Virus record (IMG/VR): IMGVR_UViG_3300034110_001237
Coordinates: 64,001-128,000 of that record
Source: a virus
Strand: one strand, 5' to 3'
Length of the DNA: 64,000 bases
The notes under the pieces are model-generated. The model ran no database searches, was not told where the DNA came from, and was given only the letters and a program-made list of their open reading frames with translations. The first letter of the stretch is position 1. Every line of letters starts with the position of its first letter. The position numbers were made by a program, and so were the translations under genes. Positions 10,223-20,720 of this stretch are shown one piece after another.

Positions 10223-11308
10223 ATGTCTACGTTTAAAGCAACCGTTCTTTCAGTCATTGTTGAGCCACACCCTAACGCTGATGCGATTGAACTGGCTCGC
10301 GTTGGTGATTTCTTTTCGATTATCCAAAAAGGATATTTGAAAACTGGCGATTTGGCTGTCTATATCCCAGAAGGTGCCCTTGTCCCTGAATTCATTCAGG
10401 AAGAAGTGGGGTGCCTCGGTAAATTGGCAGGTTCCAAGAAAAATCGTTTGAAACCGTCTATGCTTCGTGGCGTGCTTAGCCAAGGTCTTTGCTTTAAGGC
10501 CCGTGAAGGTTGGGAAATTGGTGATGATAAAGCCGAAGAATTGGGTATCGTGAAATATGAGGCTCCTATTCCAGCTTCTATGAATGGTGAAATTTCTAAC
10601 GTAGGCATTGAAAACACTTTCCACTTTGACATTGAAAACGTCAAACGCTACCCTGATGTGTTGGTTGAGGGTGAAGAAGTGTCGATGACTGAAAAACTGC
10701 ACGGTACTTTTACTATTGCAGGTAGTGTGTATGGTAAAGCTCCAATTCCACACACTGTTAATGGTCGTTCTTTTGTGAGTAGCAAAGGATTCTTTAACAA
10801 AGGTTTGGTGCTTCGTGATAACGAACAAAATGCTCATAACATTTACATTCGTGTAGCGAAGAAGTTTAATCTTTATGACATTACGGCTATCCTTTCAGAC
10901 CGTTACAAAACTAACGCTTACATTTCGGGTGAAACGTTTGGTGCTGTTCAAGATTTGACTTACGGTCTTGAAGCGGGTGTGTTCGATTTCCGTGTGTTCA
11001 ATGTGTTCCTTGGTAATCGTAGCGAAGCAAGTGGTGTGTTCCCAGTGAACGATGATGTATTAGAAGAAATTCTTGCTGAGTTCGACTTGAAGCGTGTTCC
11101 AGTGCTTTACAAAGGGCCATACAGTAAAGAAGTGATGTTGAAATATACGGATGGATTTGAAACCTATTCAGGCAAAGAAACACACATCCGTGAAGGTTTG
11201 GTTATTGAACCACTTGTTCAGCGTCGTGACCCAACCATTGGGCGTGTTGTCTTGAAAAGTGTTTCAACTGCTTACTTGTCGCGTAAAGGTGGCACTGAGC
11301 TTAACTAA
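10223..11308 (+). CDS. RNA ligase, DRB0094/Rnl5 family (N-terminal OB domain + adenylyltransferase)
   Basis: N-terminal PHPNADAIELARV..GDLAVYIP; motif I TEKLHGT; GETFG; FDFRVFNV; motif IV REGLVI; motif V VLKSVS..YL. Confidence 0.9.
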   Translation: MSTFKATVLSVIVEPHPNADAIELARVGDFFSIIQKGYLKTGDLAVYIPEGALVPEFIQEEVGCLGKLAGSKKNRLKPSMLRGVLSQGLCFKAREGWEIGDDKAEELGIVKYEAPIPASMNGEISNVGIENTFHFDIENVKRYPDVLVEGEEVSMTEKLHGTFTIAGSVYGKAPIPHTVNGRSFVSSKGFFNKGLVLRDNEQNAHNIYIRVAKKFNLYDITAILSDRYKTNAYISGETFGAVQDLTYGLEAGVFDFRVFNVFLGNRSEASGVFPVNDDVLEEILAEFDLKRVPVLYKGPYSKEVMLKYTDGFETYSGKETHIREGLVIEPLVQRRDPTIGRVVLKSVSTAYLSRKGGTELN

Positions 11309-11321
11309 TCGCAATACTTAT

Positions 11322-11346
11322 AGGAGCCAAAAGGTTCCTTTTTTTT
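11322..11346 (+). terminator. intrinsic terminator
   Basis: AGGAGCC-aaaa-GGTTCCT followed by T run; near-identical copy at ~11707. Confidence 0.7.
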
Positions 11347-11355
11347 GAGGTCTTA

Positions 11356-11697
11356 ATGATGATTACAATGACGTGCGAACAAATTAAAGCAGCCGTTGGA
11401 TTGGTAGCTTTAAAACACAATCTGGATATTCATTGGAGTTCCGAAGATTCATTTACATGGATTACCATGTGGCGAGATGGCTTTAAATTCAAAGCGTCCG
11501 AAGCTGAGCAGATTTCTCAAGAGATTGCAGACGCTAGTGGTTGTGATTTCTACTTGAACAAAATCATTGCTGATGGTTTTGAAGGTGCCCTAGATGCTTA
11601 TTTCCGTAAAGTGCTGCCGGATGAAGTGCCAAAACATTATATCGACTATGGTAATACACACATTGATGATTATGGTGAACGATTTATTGCTAAATAA
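11356..11697 (+). CDS. hypothetical protein
   Basis: RBS GAGG, 113 aa. Confidence 0.8.
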   Translation: MMITMTCEQIKAAVGLVALKHNLDIHWSSEDSFTWITMWRDGFKFKASEAEQISQEIADASGCDFYLNKIIADGFEGALDAYFRKVLPDEVPKHYIDYGNTHIDDYGERFIAK

Positions 11698-11780
11698 TCC
11701 ATTTAAAGGAGCCGAAAGGTTCCTTTTTTGTTGCTATCATGGTATAATCAGTCATCAAATTATCTAGAGCCTTCTTAATC

Positions 11781-12380
11781 ATGAACGAAAAAATTAGCCG
11801 TTTACTCAACGCTTTTTATCACATCAGCTTTGATGGAACCGATTACTTCTCTGTTTCACCTACCGTACCACACGATGGTATTTCAGAGTTGGCGATTTGT
11901 ATTGCTCATGATTGTGATATTCATGTCATGCCTTGCATTAATCCAGACGTTACTTCTTTGCGTGATGCAGATGGAACCATGAATGATATTTATCAAGACA
12001 TGTTCTTTTCCTTTGAACAATACCCGACTCTGACAGGCTTCTTGAAGATTGCCGCTCGTGGGATTGGTATGGATAACATGCTTGGACGTATTACCAGTGG
12101 AGTGGATCTTAAAAATCCTGTTGAATTAATTAATGCCATTGTGGCAGAGCAAGACTACCCAGAAATTATTGAAGGCTTTGTCTACTCTCGCCTACAAGAT
12201 GATAATGATGGTGAAGATACCTCAACGCTGGATATCAGCTTTGACAGTGTAGGGGCGTATGTGAAGGTTCGTTCACTGGATAGCCTTCGTTATCGGACAA
12301 GCTATGGCGGTGGTAAAAGTGACCGTCTTCGTAATTCTTTGCTGTTGATTTGTTATATCATTCATCATAACCTTGTCTAA
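11781..12380 (+). CDS. hypothetical protein
   Basis: TGGTATAAT promoter, 199 aa. Confidence 0.8.
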   Translation: MNEKISRLLNAFYHISFDGTDYFSVSPTVPHDGISELAICIAHDCDIHVMPCINPDVTSLRDADGTMNDIYQDMFFSFEQYPTLTGFLKIAARGIGMDNMLGRITSGVDLKNPVELINAIVAEQDYPEIIEGFVYSRLQDDNDGEDTSTLDISFDSVGAYVKVRSLDSLRYRTSYGGGKSDRLRNSLLLICYIIHHNLV

Positions 12381-12430
12381 TCCATCGTAAACTGCTATAA
12401 TAAGCCATACTTTTTCATCGGAGATACATT

Positions 12431-12859
12431 ATGACTACTTTGCACAAAGGCTTTAACAAAATCATGGAAAGCGAATCCATCTTGAGTGGTAACGTTCACT
12501 CGACGGTTCAGCGTTCGATGTATGTTCGTGGTATTCATAATGTTGAATGTAATGGTTATGATTTTAAAACAGGTGAACTTCATCAACGTGACATGAATAT
12601 TTTTACTGATTGGATGCAGCGTAATGTATCGGCTGATTACCTTGTTCGTGATGATTTCTACAAACGAGTGTCTGACCTCGCTTTTAAAGGTGATGTCTGC
12701 TTGTATATCTTCCACAGTTCGCCTAAATCGGCTGCGATTGCTATTGCAGTTTCGGATAAAACAGGACTGCAGTATTTCTACGAATTGAAAGGCGATGTTA
12801 AAAATCGCAGTATCGTCAATTACATCAAAAGTGAATTGAACACCAAGGGATGGTTTTAA
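12431..12859 (+). CDS. hypothetical protein
   Basis: RBS GGAG, 142 aa. Confidence 0.8.
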   Translation: MTTLHKGFNKIMESESILSGNVHSTVQRSMYVRGIHNVECNGYDFKTGELHQRDMNIFTDWMQRNVSADYLVRDDFYKRVSDLAFKGDVCLYIFHSSPKSAAIAIAVSDKTGLQYFYELKGDVKNRSIVNYIKSELNTKGWF

Positions 12860-12952
12860 CTGCCATTTATCTAACTCCTAGTTGAAACTTTGACTTTCAC
12901 TCAGATTATAGTATACTGATTTGAAGTTAGAAGAAAACAACTAGGAGTATTT

Positions 12953-13453
12953 ATGTTTAAAAAAACCCTATTCGCGTGTCTTTTGATCAGTAGTTCCTTA
13001 GCTGTTCATGCCGAAGATTTTTCACCTTTTGGAATCAAAATCGGAGAGACGAGTTCTTTCTATCCAAAAAATCTCCAACCCACAGTTCTTGAACCAGTAA
13101 AAGTTCAGCCGCCTGCACCTGTTGATGACTTTTTCAATGAATACAACGTTTATTTTAATGACGATCAATTGGTTCGTAAAGTCGAAGCATCTGGTGATTT
13201 AACATCTGGTAAATACAGTTGTGTGGATATTGCTAATTCACTTAACGACACATTCATCAAAACCTATAAAAACGCTCAACCGGGTGTTCAAAATGGTGCA
13301 ATGTATGCTTATACCGTTGAAAGTGGAACAGACACCTATTCTGCTTATATCTCATGTGATGACACGTCTATTCATTATGTGATGTTCAATCCCGGTCTTG
13401 AAAAAATACGCGATAACATTGAAAACCCACCAAAAACAGATGTAAAATTGTAA
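12953..13453 (+). CDS. secreted protein
   Basis: Signal peptide MFKKTLFACLLISSSLAVHA; PFGIKIG; two mature Cys. Confidence 0.8.
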   Translation: MFKKTLFACLLISSSLAVHAEDFSPFGIKIGETSSFYPKNLQPTVLEPVKVQPPAPVDDFFNEYNVYFNDDQLVRKVEASGDLTSGKYSCVDIANSLNDTFIKTYKNAQPGVQNGAMYAYTVESGTDTYSAYISCDDTSIHYVMFNPGLEKIRDNIENPPKTDVKL

Positions 13454-13541
13454 CCTTTTTTGTTTTGAATAATTAGCCAGCACTTGTGTTGGCTTTTTTG
13501 TTTTTTCTGTTATATTAAATGTTTTAAGGAGAACAAAAAAA

Positions 13542-13931
13542 ATGGCAAACATCCCAAAATTAAGTATTCGTCTAACTGACAGTTTTAATTCAGCACTCGA
13601 TGAAATCAAAACCGCTATTAATGATTTTAAAGCAATGGATGAGTTACATGATCCCTACATGGTCGAAATGGTTATTAGAGACGCTTGTGCTAATAGCGAT
13701 GAAAATATTCCAGATGATTATGATTTTGAATTGGATCAAGAATCCTTGTATATCAATATCTCGCACCTTCCTAAGTTAAAACAATGCACCCCCGCTGAAC
13801 TTAGTTTGTTGGAATATTCGTTTAAAGATTCTGAATTGAAGTTGTGGTTTTATATCACTCATGATGATAAATATTTTGTCTTTATACAAGCTCCATTATC
13901 TCATATCCTTGAGAATGCTAGGAAATACTGA
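13542..13931 (+). CDS. hypothetical protein, possible paralog of 13931
   Basis: RBS AGGAG; ALDEI..AI...K..DEL resembles AIDTI..LI...K..DDL. Confidence 0.75.
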   Translation: MANIPKLSIRLTDSFNSALDEIKTAINDFKAMDELHDPYMVEMVIRDACANSDENIPDDYDFELDQESLYINISHLPKLKQCTPAELSLLEYSFKDSELKLWFYITHDDKYFVFIQAPLSHILENARKY

Positions 13932-14362
13932 TGACTGATATTGTTCCTTTACTACCACAACTTGTCCATACACCTGATATTGTTAAAGCCATTGATACCA
14001 TCACTGGCTTGATTTCTCAGGTTAAATCAGCCGATGATCTTTTTTCAAAAAAAGACATCATCGACAGAGCACCAGAACTTGATTATCGTATGCATTATGA
14101 GAAAAAACTGCCTAATGATATGTTATTTATTCCTATTCCTTTTGAAATACTCAACATCTCAAACGCTGAAATTGAAGTCGTTAAACGCTACTTTGAGATT
14201 AGATCTGGTATCGTTTTTTCAATCAAGCATATTAAAGTGAAGCATGTTTATAATCATTGTATTGGATTCTCAATGGATGTTTTGTATCCGTCATCAGAAA
14301 AAGCAGAGAAAATTGAACCGATTAAAGCAGTAGCTAAGATTCCAGTAAAAAAAGGTAAATAA
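13931..14362 (+). CDS. hypothetical protein
   Basis: TGATG coupling with upstream gene, 143 aa. Confidence 0.75.
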   Translation: MTDIVPLLPQLVHTPDIVKAIDTITGLISQVKSADDLFSKKDIIDRAPELDYRMHYEKKLPNDMLFIPIPFEILNISNAEIEVVKRYFEIRSGIVFSIKHIKVKHVYNHCIGFSMDVLYPSSEKAEKIEPIKAVAKIPVKKGK

Positions 14363-14390
14363 AAACCCCGCTCTTTCGAGCAGGGCTTTC
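14361..14390 (-). terminator. intrinsic terminator, strongest on minus strand
   Basis: Minus strand GCCCTGCTC-GAAA-GAGCGGGGT-TTTT. Confidence 0.7.
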
Positions 14391-14605
14391 GGAATGAGGT
14401 AAGATTGGCGATGAATTGCCGATAAAGATATCTTATGATCCCCGCAATAAGACGGCCCTTGGTGGCTATAATATTGCTGGTTACTTTTTACAACTCCCTT
14501 CCAGAATAACCACGACCAGTTAGGATGTTAGATTTTATATTAATACTGTCGATGAGGAAAAAACCTTCGAGACGCAAAAAACCTTTCGCACAGTGAATTT
14601 TTTTT
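14365..14605 (-). ncRNA. candidate sRNA
   Basis: ~240-nt non-coding, GC-richer segment with a TATACT -10 upstream (14617-14622, minus) and a strong terminator. Confidence 0.35.
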
Positions 14606-14703
14606 AACAACTATTAAGTATACGGCCTGAAAAAAATTCAATAAAAAAATCCGATATACTCAACCAAGATCTAAATCATATCACAAATAATACCCTTGTC
14701 AAT

Positions 14704-15339
14704 TCAACTATAACCAAGAATAACGTTGGTAGGTGCATAACTGGTTTTGTTCAAAGACGGTAGATATTTTACAATGTCTTCTGGCACGACTACATCAATC
14801 AAATAGCAGGATTCATTCTCGCTCATTATGAAACTTTGAAGCAAGTTGATAAACTCATTGCTGTCAAACAAGGCGTTAGGTACAAAAATATTTCTATCTT
14901 CCAGTTTCAAGAATGCTTCTTTATTGATTTCATCACCAACAATCAAGGTCAAATAGGTTTCATGTTGACGTGGCTCATGAAGACATACACCAATACTTTT
15001 GCAAGCTGCCCAGTAAGCATCCTGAATGACACTGACTTCTTCAACATGGTAAGGGAGCTTGAAGACAATGGTCTTTGCATTCACTCCTTTATCTACAGTG
15101 ATACTGTATACATCATCATACTCTTCGCTGATGAGTTCTTTGATTTCGCAGTAATGGATTGCGTTGTTAATCACATCATCTTGCGATGAGCCATGCAGCA
15201 CACGGTAATCTGATTCATGCCAAAAACGAATCCAAAACGCATCATCAGTGGATTGTTTGATCTTATTTTCATCAAAATCAATCTCGGGTTCGTTTGCAAG
15301 CACCCAAGCCAGTCGTTGTTCAGCGGTATAGTTTTTCAT
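14704..15339 (-). CDS. hypothetical protein
   Basis: 211 aa; TGGTATAAT upstream on minus strand. Confidence 0.75.
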   Translation of the reverse strand: MKNYTAEQRLAWVLANEPEIDFDENKIKQSTDDAFWIRFWHESDYRVLHGSSQDDVINNAIHYCEIKELISEEYDDVYSITVDKGVNAKTIVFKLPYHVEEVSVIQDAYWAACKSIGVCLHEPRQHETYLTLIVGDEINKEAFLKLEDRNIFVPNALFDSNEFINLLQSFIMSENESCYLIDVVVPEDIVKYLPSLNKTSYAPTNVILGYS

Positions 15340-15486
15340 GTGGATAAACCTTGTTGGAAGTAGACGGCAATTATACCAACATTTGAGTGAGTAATCAATC
15401 TTGATTTGTTGTTTTAAATAGGTGTATTTACTTTTATTTTGTTTGTGGCTATGGTATAATTAGACATCCTTTTAGAGAGCTTAACT

Positions 15487-16080
15487 ATGTTCGACATTAA
15501 GTATACTGAATTCCATGACATGCGTAAGATGGCTAATCTCATCAAGCGTCATAAGTTGTTTGAAAAAGAGCACCGTTCAAGCCGCTTTGAAAACAATGCC
15601 AATGATATTTTGGCAGGTGATGAAATTCGTCCTATGGGTGATGTTAATTTCATCAAAATCAGCCATTTCTCCACAGTGGTTTGTCGTGTTGATAAAAAGC
15701 CTGTTGGTTTACTTATTTTAGAACACTATATTGTTGCTGATACTATTGATTCATCTTTCATGTTGAGTCATAAAAAACGTCGTTATACCATGATTGGCTT
15801 GGTTGGCACCTATGTGAAACCAGCGTTTCGTAAAAGGGGTATTGGTCATGCCATGATGAATCTTTTAAATGAACACCTTCAAGATTTTCATGTCAGTGAT
15901 GACACTCATGTCCCTATGTTGGCAGCAACAGGAAAATCATTTGATTTGGTTCACTCTAAAATGCCTTCGTTTTGTCCCGTTGTCGCACCTTACAATGCAA
16001 ATAAATGGAAAGATACGGCTAAGAGTTGGTATACTTATAGTCGTCGCACAAACGAAGTAGATATGGTAGAATTTGTTTAA
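15487..16080 (+). CDS. GNAT-family acetyltransferase
   Basis: Acetyl-CoA motif A: YVKPAFRKRGIG. Confidence 0.8.
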   Translation: MFDIKYTEFHDMRKMANLIKRHKLFEKEHRSSRFENNANDILAGDEIRPMGDVNFIKISHFSTVVCRVDKKPVGLLILEHYIVADTIDSSFMLSHKKRRYTMIGLVGTYVKPAFRKRGIGHAMMNLLNEHLQDFHVSDDTHVPMLAATGKSFDLVHSKMPSFCPVVAPYNANKWKDTAKSWYTYSRRTNEVDMVEFV

Positions 16081-16121
16081 TTATGCTATAATACATCCAC
16101 ACATATTTGAGGATTAAGACA

Positions 16122-16406
16122 ATGTTCAGTAAAATTCTTTTTGGTCTTGGTGCTGCTTGGGCTTGGTTCTGGTATAACACCGTAACTCGTTTTCTGGTTG
16201 TCTTGATTCCCACTTACATGATTGCTGTAATCCCCTTTTTCGTTCATGTTGTTAAGGTGCCTCCTTCTGATATGGCGAACTCATTGTCTGCCGTCTATTT
16301 GCTTGTTTTCGGTTGGGCTGTTTACGATAATGATTTTTCTAAACGGCAAAAATACGGCATTCCAGAGAGGGTTTTCTTTAATAAGAAAGCGAAATCTGTA
16401 AAATAA
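16122..16406 (+). CDS. small membrane protein
   Basis: RBS GAGGA before ATG 16122; hydrophobic segments. Confidence 0.7.
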   Translation: MFSKILFGLGAAWAWFWYNTVTRFLVVLIPTYMIAVIPFFVHVVKVPPSDMANSLSAVYLLVFGWAVYDNDFSKRQKYGIPERVFFNKKAKSVK

Positions 16407-16437
16407 GTTTTATTCATTTAAATTTTGGAGTTTTAAT

Positions 16438-16698
16438 ATGATTTCAGAACCACTTAACTATTATGATGAACAAGTCATTGCGTTGGATTTGACACGGCTC
16501 TATAAGCGAGAACAAGAATTGCTGGCAGAAATGATCCAGAAACAATCTGCTGCAACTTCGATGGTCGAACAAAAACAAATTATACAAGCCTATCGAGAAC
16601 AAGACGATGTGATTAAGTTTTCGGATCGAAAAGAAGAAATCATGCGGCGTCAACATGTGGCTAACGCTCGAAAAGAGGCCGCTAAAAACAAAAGTTAA
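16438..16698 (+). CDS. small coiled-coil protein
   Basis: RBS GGAG, 86 aa, charged helical. Confidence 0.75.
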   Translation: MISEPLNYYDEQVIALDLTRLYKREQELLAEMIQKQSAATSMVEQKQIIQAYREQDDVIKFSDRKEEIMRRQHVANARKEAAKNKS

Positions 16699-16762
16699 TG
16701 ATTGCCTTTTTACATCATTTTTGTTATAATTGTCACATCTTAACCAAAACGAGAATTCCATC

Positions 16763-17137
16763 ATGAAAATTGCACACGTTGTTATTAAAGAAGCTGTCAC
16801 GCATTTTCTGGCTAATCAGCCCATCAATAATCTGATTAGTAAATTGTTTCGTGGTGGCCGACAAGTTCAAGATGATTTCGAAATTTTTAAACAAATTGGC
16901 TTCATGAAATTTGAAAATGGTGTGGGTACCATTCGTATGCATTGGAGCGATGTCATGCCACGTATTCTTGACCAGATTGAAAAACGTGAAGAGTTGGACA
17001 CTACCTTTATCATTGAAGTTAAAGGACTTGAAGCGGAAATCGTGGTAAGTTATGATACGCCTTCGATGTGGTTTAACATTACCTCGACAACATTTGATAA
17101 TCTTTTTGCACTGGCCGTGGAACGGTCAAAGGAGTAA
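16763..17137 (+). CDS. hypothetical protein
   Basis: TGTTATAAT promoter; ATG 16763 in frame with track ORF. Confidence 0.75.
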   Translation: MKIAHVVIKEAVTHFLANQPINNLISKLFRGGRQVQDDFEIFKQIGFMKFENGVGTIRMHWSDVMPRILDQIEKREELDTTFIIEVKGLEAEIVVSYDTPSMWFNITSTTFDNLFALAVERSKE

Positions 17138-17139
17138 CT

Positions 17140-17568
17140 ATGGAATTTAGAGAATTTTTAGAAAAAGCCTCAGAAGAAGTATCATTGTTGTCGAACAGCC
17201 AAGTTTTGTATGGCTATGTTTCTTCAGACAATCTATCTTCTATGAGTGATGATGACCTTGAATCGCTGATTTTTGAGCGTTCATGGGTTTCGGGTGGTTC
17301 AACTGGTAAAAGCTGCTGGGGTGGTGAAGCTTATAGCCGATCAGCAGATGCCCCAGAAGACATTACACCTGATGTAGCCAAAGTTTTAATGGCTGTTGGT
17401 AAAGAAAACATCAGTTTTGTTGTTTACATGGCAAAGATTCAACCTTTGGTTCAATCAACTGATTTGTCGGATAATAGTGACTATTATGGTAACTACACCA
17501 CTTATTCGCGTGTTTACATGAATTTGAAAGAGTTGTATGATGTGTTGTATGGCGAGCGTGATGATTAA
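17140..17568 (+). CDS. acidic hypothetical protein, tandem paralog of 17628
   Basis: Shared EF.EF..KA, WVSGG..G..C, DYY.NY..YS.VY..LK.LYD. Confidence 0.85.
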   Translation: MEFREFLEKASEEVSLLSNSQVLYGYVSSDNLSSMSDDDLESLIFERSWVSGGSTGKSCWGGEAYSRSADAPEDITPDVAKVLMAVGKENISFVVYMAKIQPLVQSTDLSDNSDYYGNYTTYSRVYMNLKELYDVLYGERDD

Positions 17569-17627
17569 TAGCTGACAATCTTAATTATATCCTATGAATC
17601 TAGTGAAGATTATATAAGGAGAAAATT

Positions 17628-18047
17628 ATGATTGAGTTTAAAGAGTTTGTAAAAAAAGCTATTGTGTTTGCGAATGTGTCTGTTGATGTATTGCATTCAC
17701 GCGATTATTCGTTAACCGAATCATGCGTTGAAGCGTTAGATGACAAAGTGCTGGAAACTGCAGTGATTGAAAAAGTATGGGTTTCTGGTGGTGTCTCAGG
17801 TAACGATTGCTATGAGTATTTGAATAGGGATGTAGAGAGTGAAGGTGAACAAGACATCGTTCCAGAGGTTTTGGGCTTGTTGAGAAGTTTAGGTCGTGAT
17901 GACGTTGACAGTTCAGCCATTAGTGCTTTGGTAGAGGCTTACAGCTTCGATGAAGAACCAGATTACTATTTCAACTACTACGAGTATTCAAAAGTGTATG
18001 TCAGCTTGAAAGCGTTGTATGATAAGTTTTTAGCGAAAGCTGTCTAA
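17628..18047 (+). CDS. acidic hypothetical protein, tandem paralog of 17140
   Basis: RBS AGGAG; same motifs. Confidence 0.85.
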   Translation: MIEFKEFVKKAIVFANVSVDVLHSRDYSLTESCVEALDDKVLETAVIEKVWVSGGVSGNDCYEYLNRDVESEGEQDIVPEVLGLLRSLGRDDVDSSAISALVEAYSFDEEPDYYFNYYEYSKVYVSLKALYDKFLAKAV

Positions 18048-18172
18048 TTTATCAATTCAATGTGTTAAAGAAAAACCTCATTTCGGTGAGGTTTTTTGTT
18101 GTCTACTGATTTCAATTCTGTTATACTGTTATTATTGACTTAATTTGCTTAGAGAGCAAAGGAGAAAAACAC

Positions 18173-18406
18173 ATGAGTCGTGGTGAATCCACTGAAATGA
18201 TTTCAACAACATTCTATATCGGATGGTTTTATATGAGGGCTGTTCGTGACTATTTGAATGATATCATTGAAAACAAAAAATGGCCGGTTCGCTATGAAGA
18301 ATCTATTAGTTTCTTTGAAAATAAGTTTGTGCTCTATGGCCCACAACGGGATATCATGTATATTCATTACAAAGTCGAAAATTATTTGAAAAATCTTCAA
18401 ATTTAA
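18173..18406 (+). CDS. small hypothetical protein
   Basis: RBS AGGAG, promoter upstream, 77 aa. Confidence 0.75.
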   Translation: MSRGESTEMISTTFYIGWFYMRAVRDYLNDIIENKKWPVRYEESISFFENKFVLYGPQRDIMYIHYKVENYLKNLQI

Positions 18407-18425
18407 ATAAAAAAAGGAGTGTTAA

Positions 18426-19442
18426 TCACTCCTTTCTCTCTTCCATGTTATTATTTTCTTGAATCTCTCTTTGGTCAAATTCATTTTTCTTTTCAATAAG
18501 CATCCCTATCAATGATGATTTTGTTGTTTCTAATTCTTTCATAGCTGCATCAATCCCTTTCGTTTTATAGGTGTTAAGTAGATTTATATCTTCATCTCTT
18601 AATTTAGAAAATTTCTTAAAAATATGCAATCTTGTAAAATCAGCCTTATCACCAAGCTTTTCTTTTAAATACGTTTCATCTTTTATTCCAGAATTCTTAG
18701 AGAACTTATCCATTATTTCAAAAATTTCTTCATTTGTTGTTTTGTTAATGGTCGGATAATGTAGTATAGCCAAAAAGTCAGTATACTTTTTTGAAGATCT
18801 TTCTAAATTTGCAACGCCATCTGGTATTCTTTCAACGCTTAATAGATTAACTTTATTTTTATAGAGTTGTGTTCCATTTTTAGTAAATTGAAGATTTACA
18901 TCATTTACTCTATTTATTATTGAAGCTATTAACAAATTGACTTGTAGGCATAATATTAATGTTATTGAAATGCAAGCTAATGAACTAATGATTATTAGCT
19001 TTATGTTCTTTATTTGCTTTATGTTTATCAATATTGCACTAATTATGGGTATCAGTATAAAATATATATTTACACTTAGCATTTCTTCAATACCATTATT
19101 ATTGATTGTCGAACTTAATGTATAGACACCAATACTTAATAATAGACACAGTGATAGTTGAATTTTTAAAGCACCTGTTATATTTCTAACTATTTCTCCT
19201 TTACCACGATAAAGTGCAATAAATAGCAAATTAATACCAATTAAAATTGTATACATGATCCCATAATAGGTGTCTAAGTTAATTTTCCAGTATTCTTTTG
19301 GAGTGCCTTCAGCATAAATTAATGTGCCAGATATATGATTATAGATACCAGAAGGGTCAAGTAATCCAAAATAGGCAATGATAATGAAAATTATATTTAT
19401 ACACAAAAAAAATAAAGCAACTTTATTATTTATTAATTTCAT
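18426..19442 (-). CDS. multi-pass membrane protein with soluble C-terminal domain
   Basis: About 5 TM segments in N-terminal half; overlaps DUF1643 gene end. Confidence 0.8.
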   Translation of the reverse strand: MKLINNKVALFFLCINIIFIIIAYFGLLDPSGIYNHISGTLIYAEGTPKEYWKINLDTYYGIMYTILIGINLLFIALYRGKGEIVRNITGALKIQLSLCLLLSIGVYTLSSTINNNGIEEMLSVNIYFILIPIISAILINIKQIKNIKLIIISSLACISITLILCLQVNLLIASIINRVNDVNLQFTKNGTQLYKNKVNLLSVERIPDGVANLERSSKKYTDFLAILHYPTINKTTNEEIFEIMDKFSKNSGIKDETYLKEKLGDKADFTRLHIFKKFSKLRDEDINLLNTYKTKGIDAAMKELETTKSSLIGMLIEKKNEFDQREIQENNNMEERKE

Positions 19443-19938
19443 TTTGTTGTCCTAGTTTAAATTCTATGAAAGGTTGATCGCCTTTTATATACAATGGGTG
19501 CTTTGGCATACCAGCCTTGGTAGTTCCTAAACAATACATTTCAACGCCTAATTTATTGAGCATATCGTAAACTTCGACTACTCTCTCCATTTTAGCATTT
19601 CCACCCCACGCACAGATAATTCTTTTATGTTTGCTGAACAAATTCATAAGGTAGGCATCATTATCTATCCCTACTGGGTCATCTGTTAACCATAAGCTTT
19701 TTGGAGTAGGTGAACGAAAGGCATATAAGTTAACCACTTTCAATGAATCATGACCATTGTCTTTAGCAAATTGTATACATCTTCTAATAGTAGGATCATC
19801 AATCATTGAATCAGCGGTACTGGGATTTAGCATACAAAATATGGCTGGGTTGTTTGGGGCTTCTACGAAGCTACGACCTAATTCATAGCGAAATTTTAAA
19901 CATTGACTAATGACGGCTGTTTTCATATTTTCTTTCAT
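19426..19938 (-). CDS. DUF1643 family protein
   Basis: MLNPSTAD...DDPTIRRC..FA, VVNLYAFRS..P, AWG, PKHPLY motifs. Confidence 0.9.
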   Translation of the reverse strand: MKENMKTAVISQCLKFRYELGRSFVEAPNNPAIFCMLNPSTADSMIDDPTIRRCIQFAKDNGHDSLKVVNLYAFRSPTPKSLWLTDDPVGIDNDAYLMNLFSKHKRIICAWGGNAKMERVVEVYDMLNKLGVEMYCLGTTKAGMPKHPLYIKGDQPFIEFKLGQQNEINK

Positions 19939-20151
19939 ATTTATTTTCTCCTTATGCTAAGATATATGACAAACTAAATACTGTCAAACAAAAGCATATT
20001 ATAAAGCAAATACACGATGTAATATTATAAAAACACATAGTTTTTTAATATAAAAATATAACTAATTAAAATCAAAGTATTATATATAAAGTATGATTGA
20101 AATTTTAACGAAAAAGATGTAAAGTTTAAGTCCTTAACAAAGGATTAAATC

Positions 20152-20661
20152 ATGAAATTCTTTCTGTTGGTCAGTGTTGGAATACTCAGTGTTTTGTTAG
20201 CTACTGCCAATGAGCCATTCAACAGAAAATTACCTTATACTTTGTCTATTACTGACAGTCAAAAACAATTGAATGTCTCTGTTCCCACATCGGTTGGCAC
20301 CATTTCATACTTTTCCACCAATGAAAGCAACGAAATATTGTTAACTCAATGCTTGGCTGGTATTGACGTTATGAATCAAGAACATATCAAACGATTAACC
20401 TATAAAAATAAACAGATCGATGCAGATATTACAGTTTTTGTCATGTCAAAGAATGATGATCGATTTAAAGCAATGGTGGTTTATTCAAAATTAGATGACA
20501 AACCAATTCAAAATAAATCAAAGGAGAATGTCTGTAATTCTTTAAATGGTATTTATTCAACAAAAAAATGGATTGTAGATCTTTCTTTCAACAAAATCAC
20601 ATCAATTACATTGAATGAGAACAATCAGCTATATTTGAAGATAGCAAAATATACTAACTAA
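20152..20661 (+). CDS. secreted protein, divergent member of 4-gene tandem family
   Basis: Signal peptide; Y.L.I.D, two Cys, V.YSK, terminal W..D...LYL.I strand. Confidence 0.75.
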   Translation: MKFFLLVSVGILSVLLATANEPFNRKLPYTLSITDSQKQLNVSVPTSVGTISYFSTNESNEILLTQCLAGIDVMNQEHIKRLTYKNKQIDADITVFVMSKNDDRFKAMVVYSKLDDKPIQNKSKENVCNSLNGIYSTKKWIVDLSFNKITSITLNENNQLYLKIAKYTN

Positions 20662-20720
20662 CTATAATTGTAAACAGTATTTAACTTAGTATACTACTTA
20701 TACAATTAGGAGGATTTATT

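Noticed and set aside
10250-10837. Long antisense ORFs (also 23899-24984, 52834-53364 and others)
   Set aside because: Shadow frames of well-supported sense genes; no RBS or protein-like motifs.
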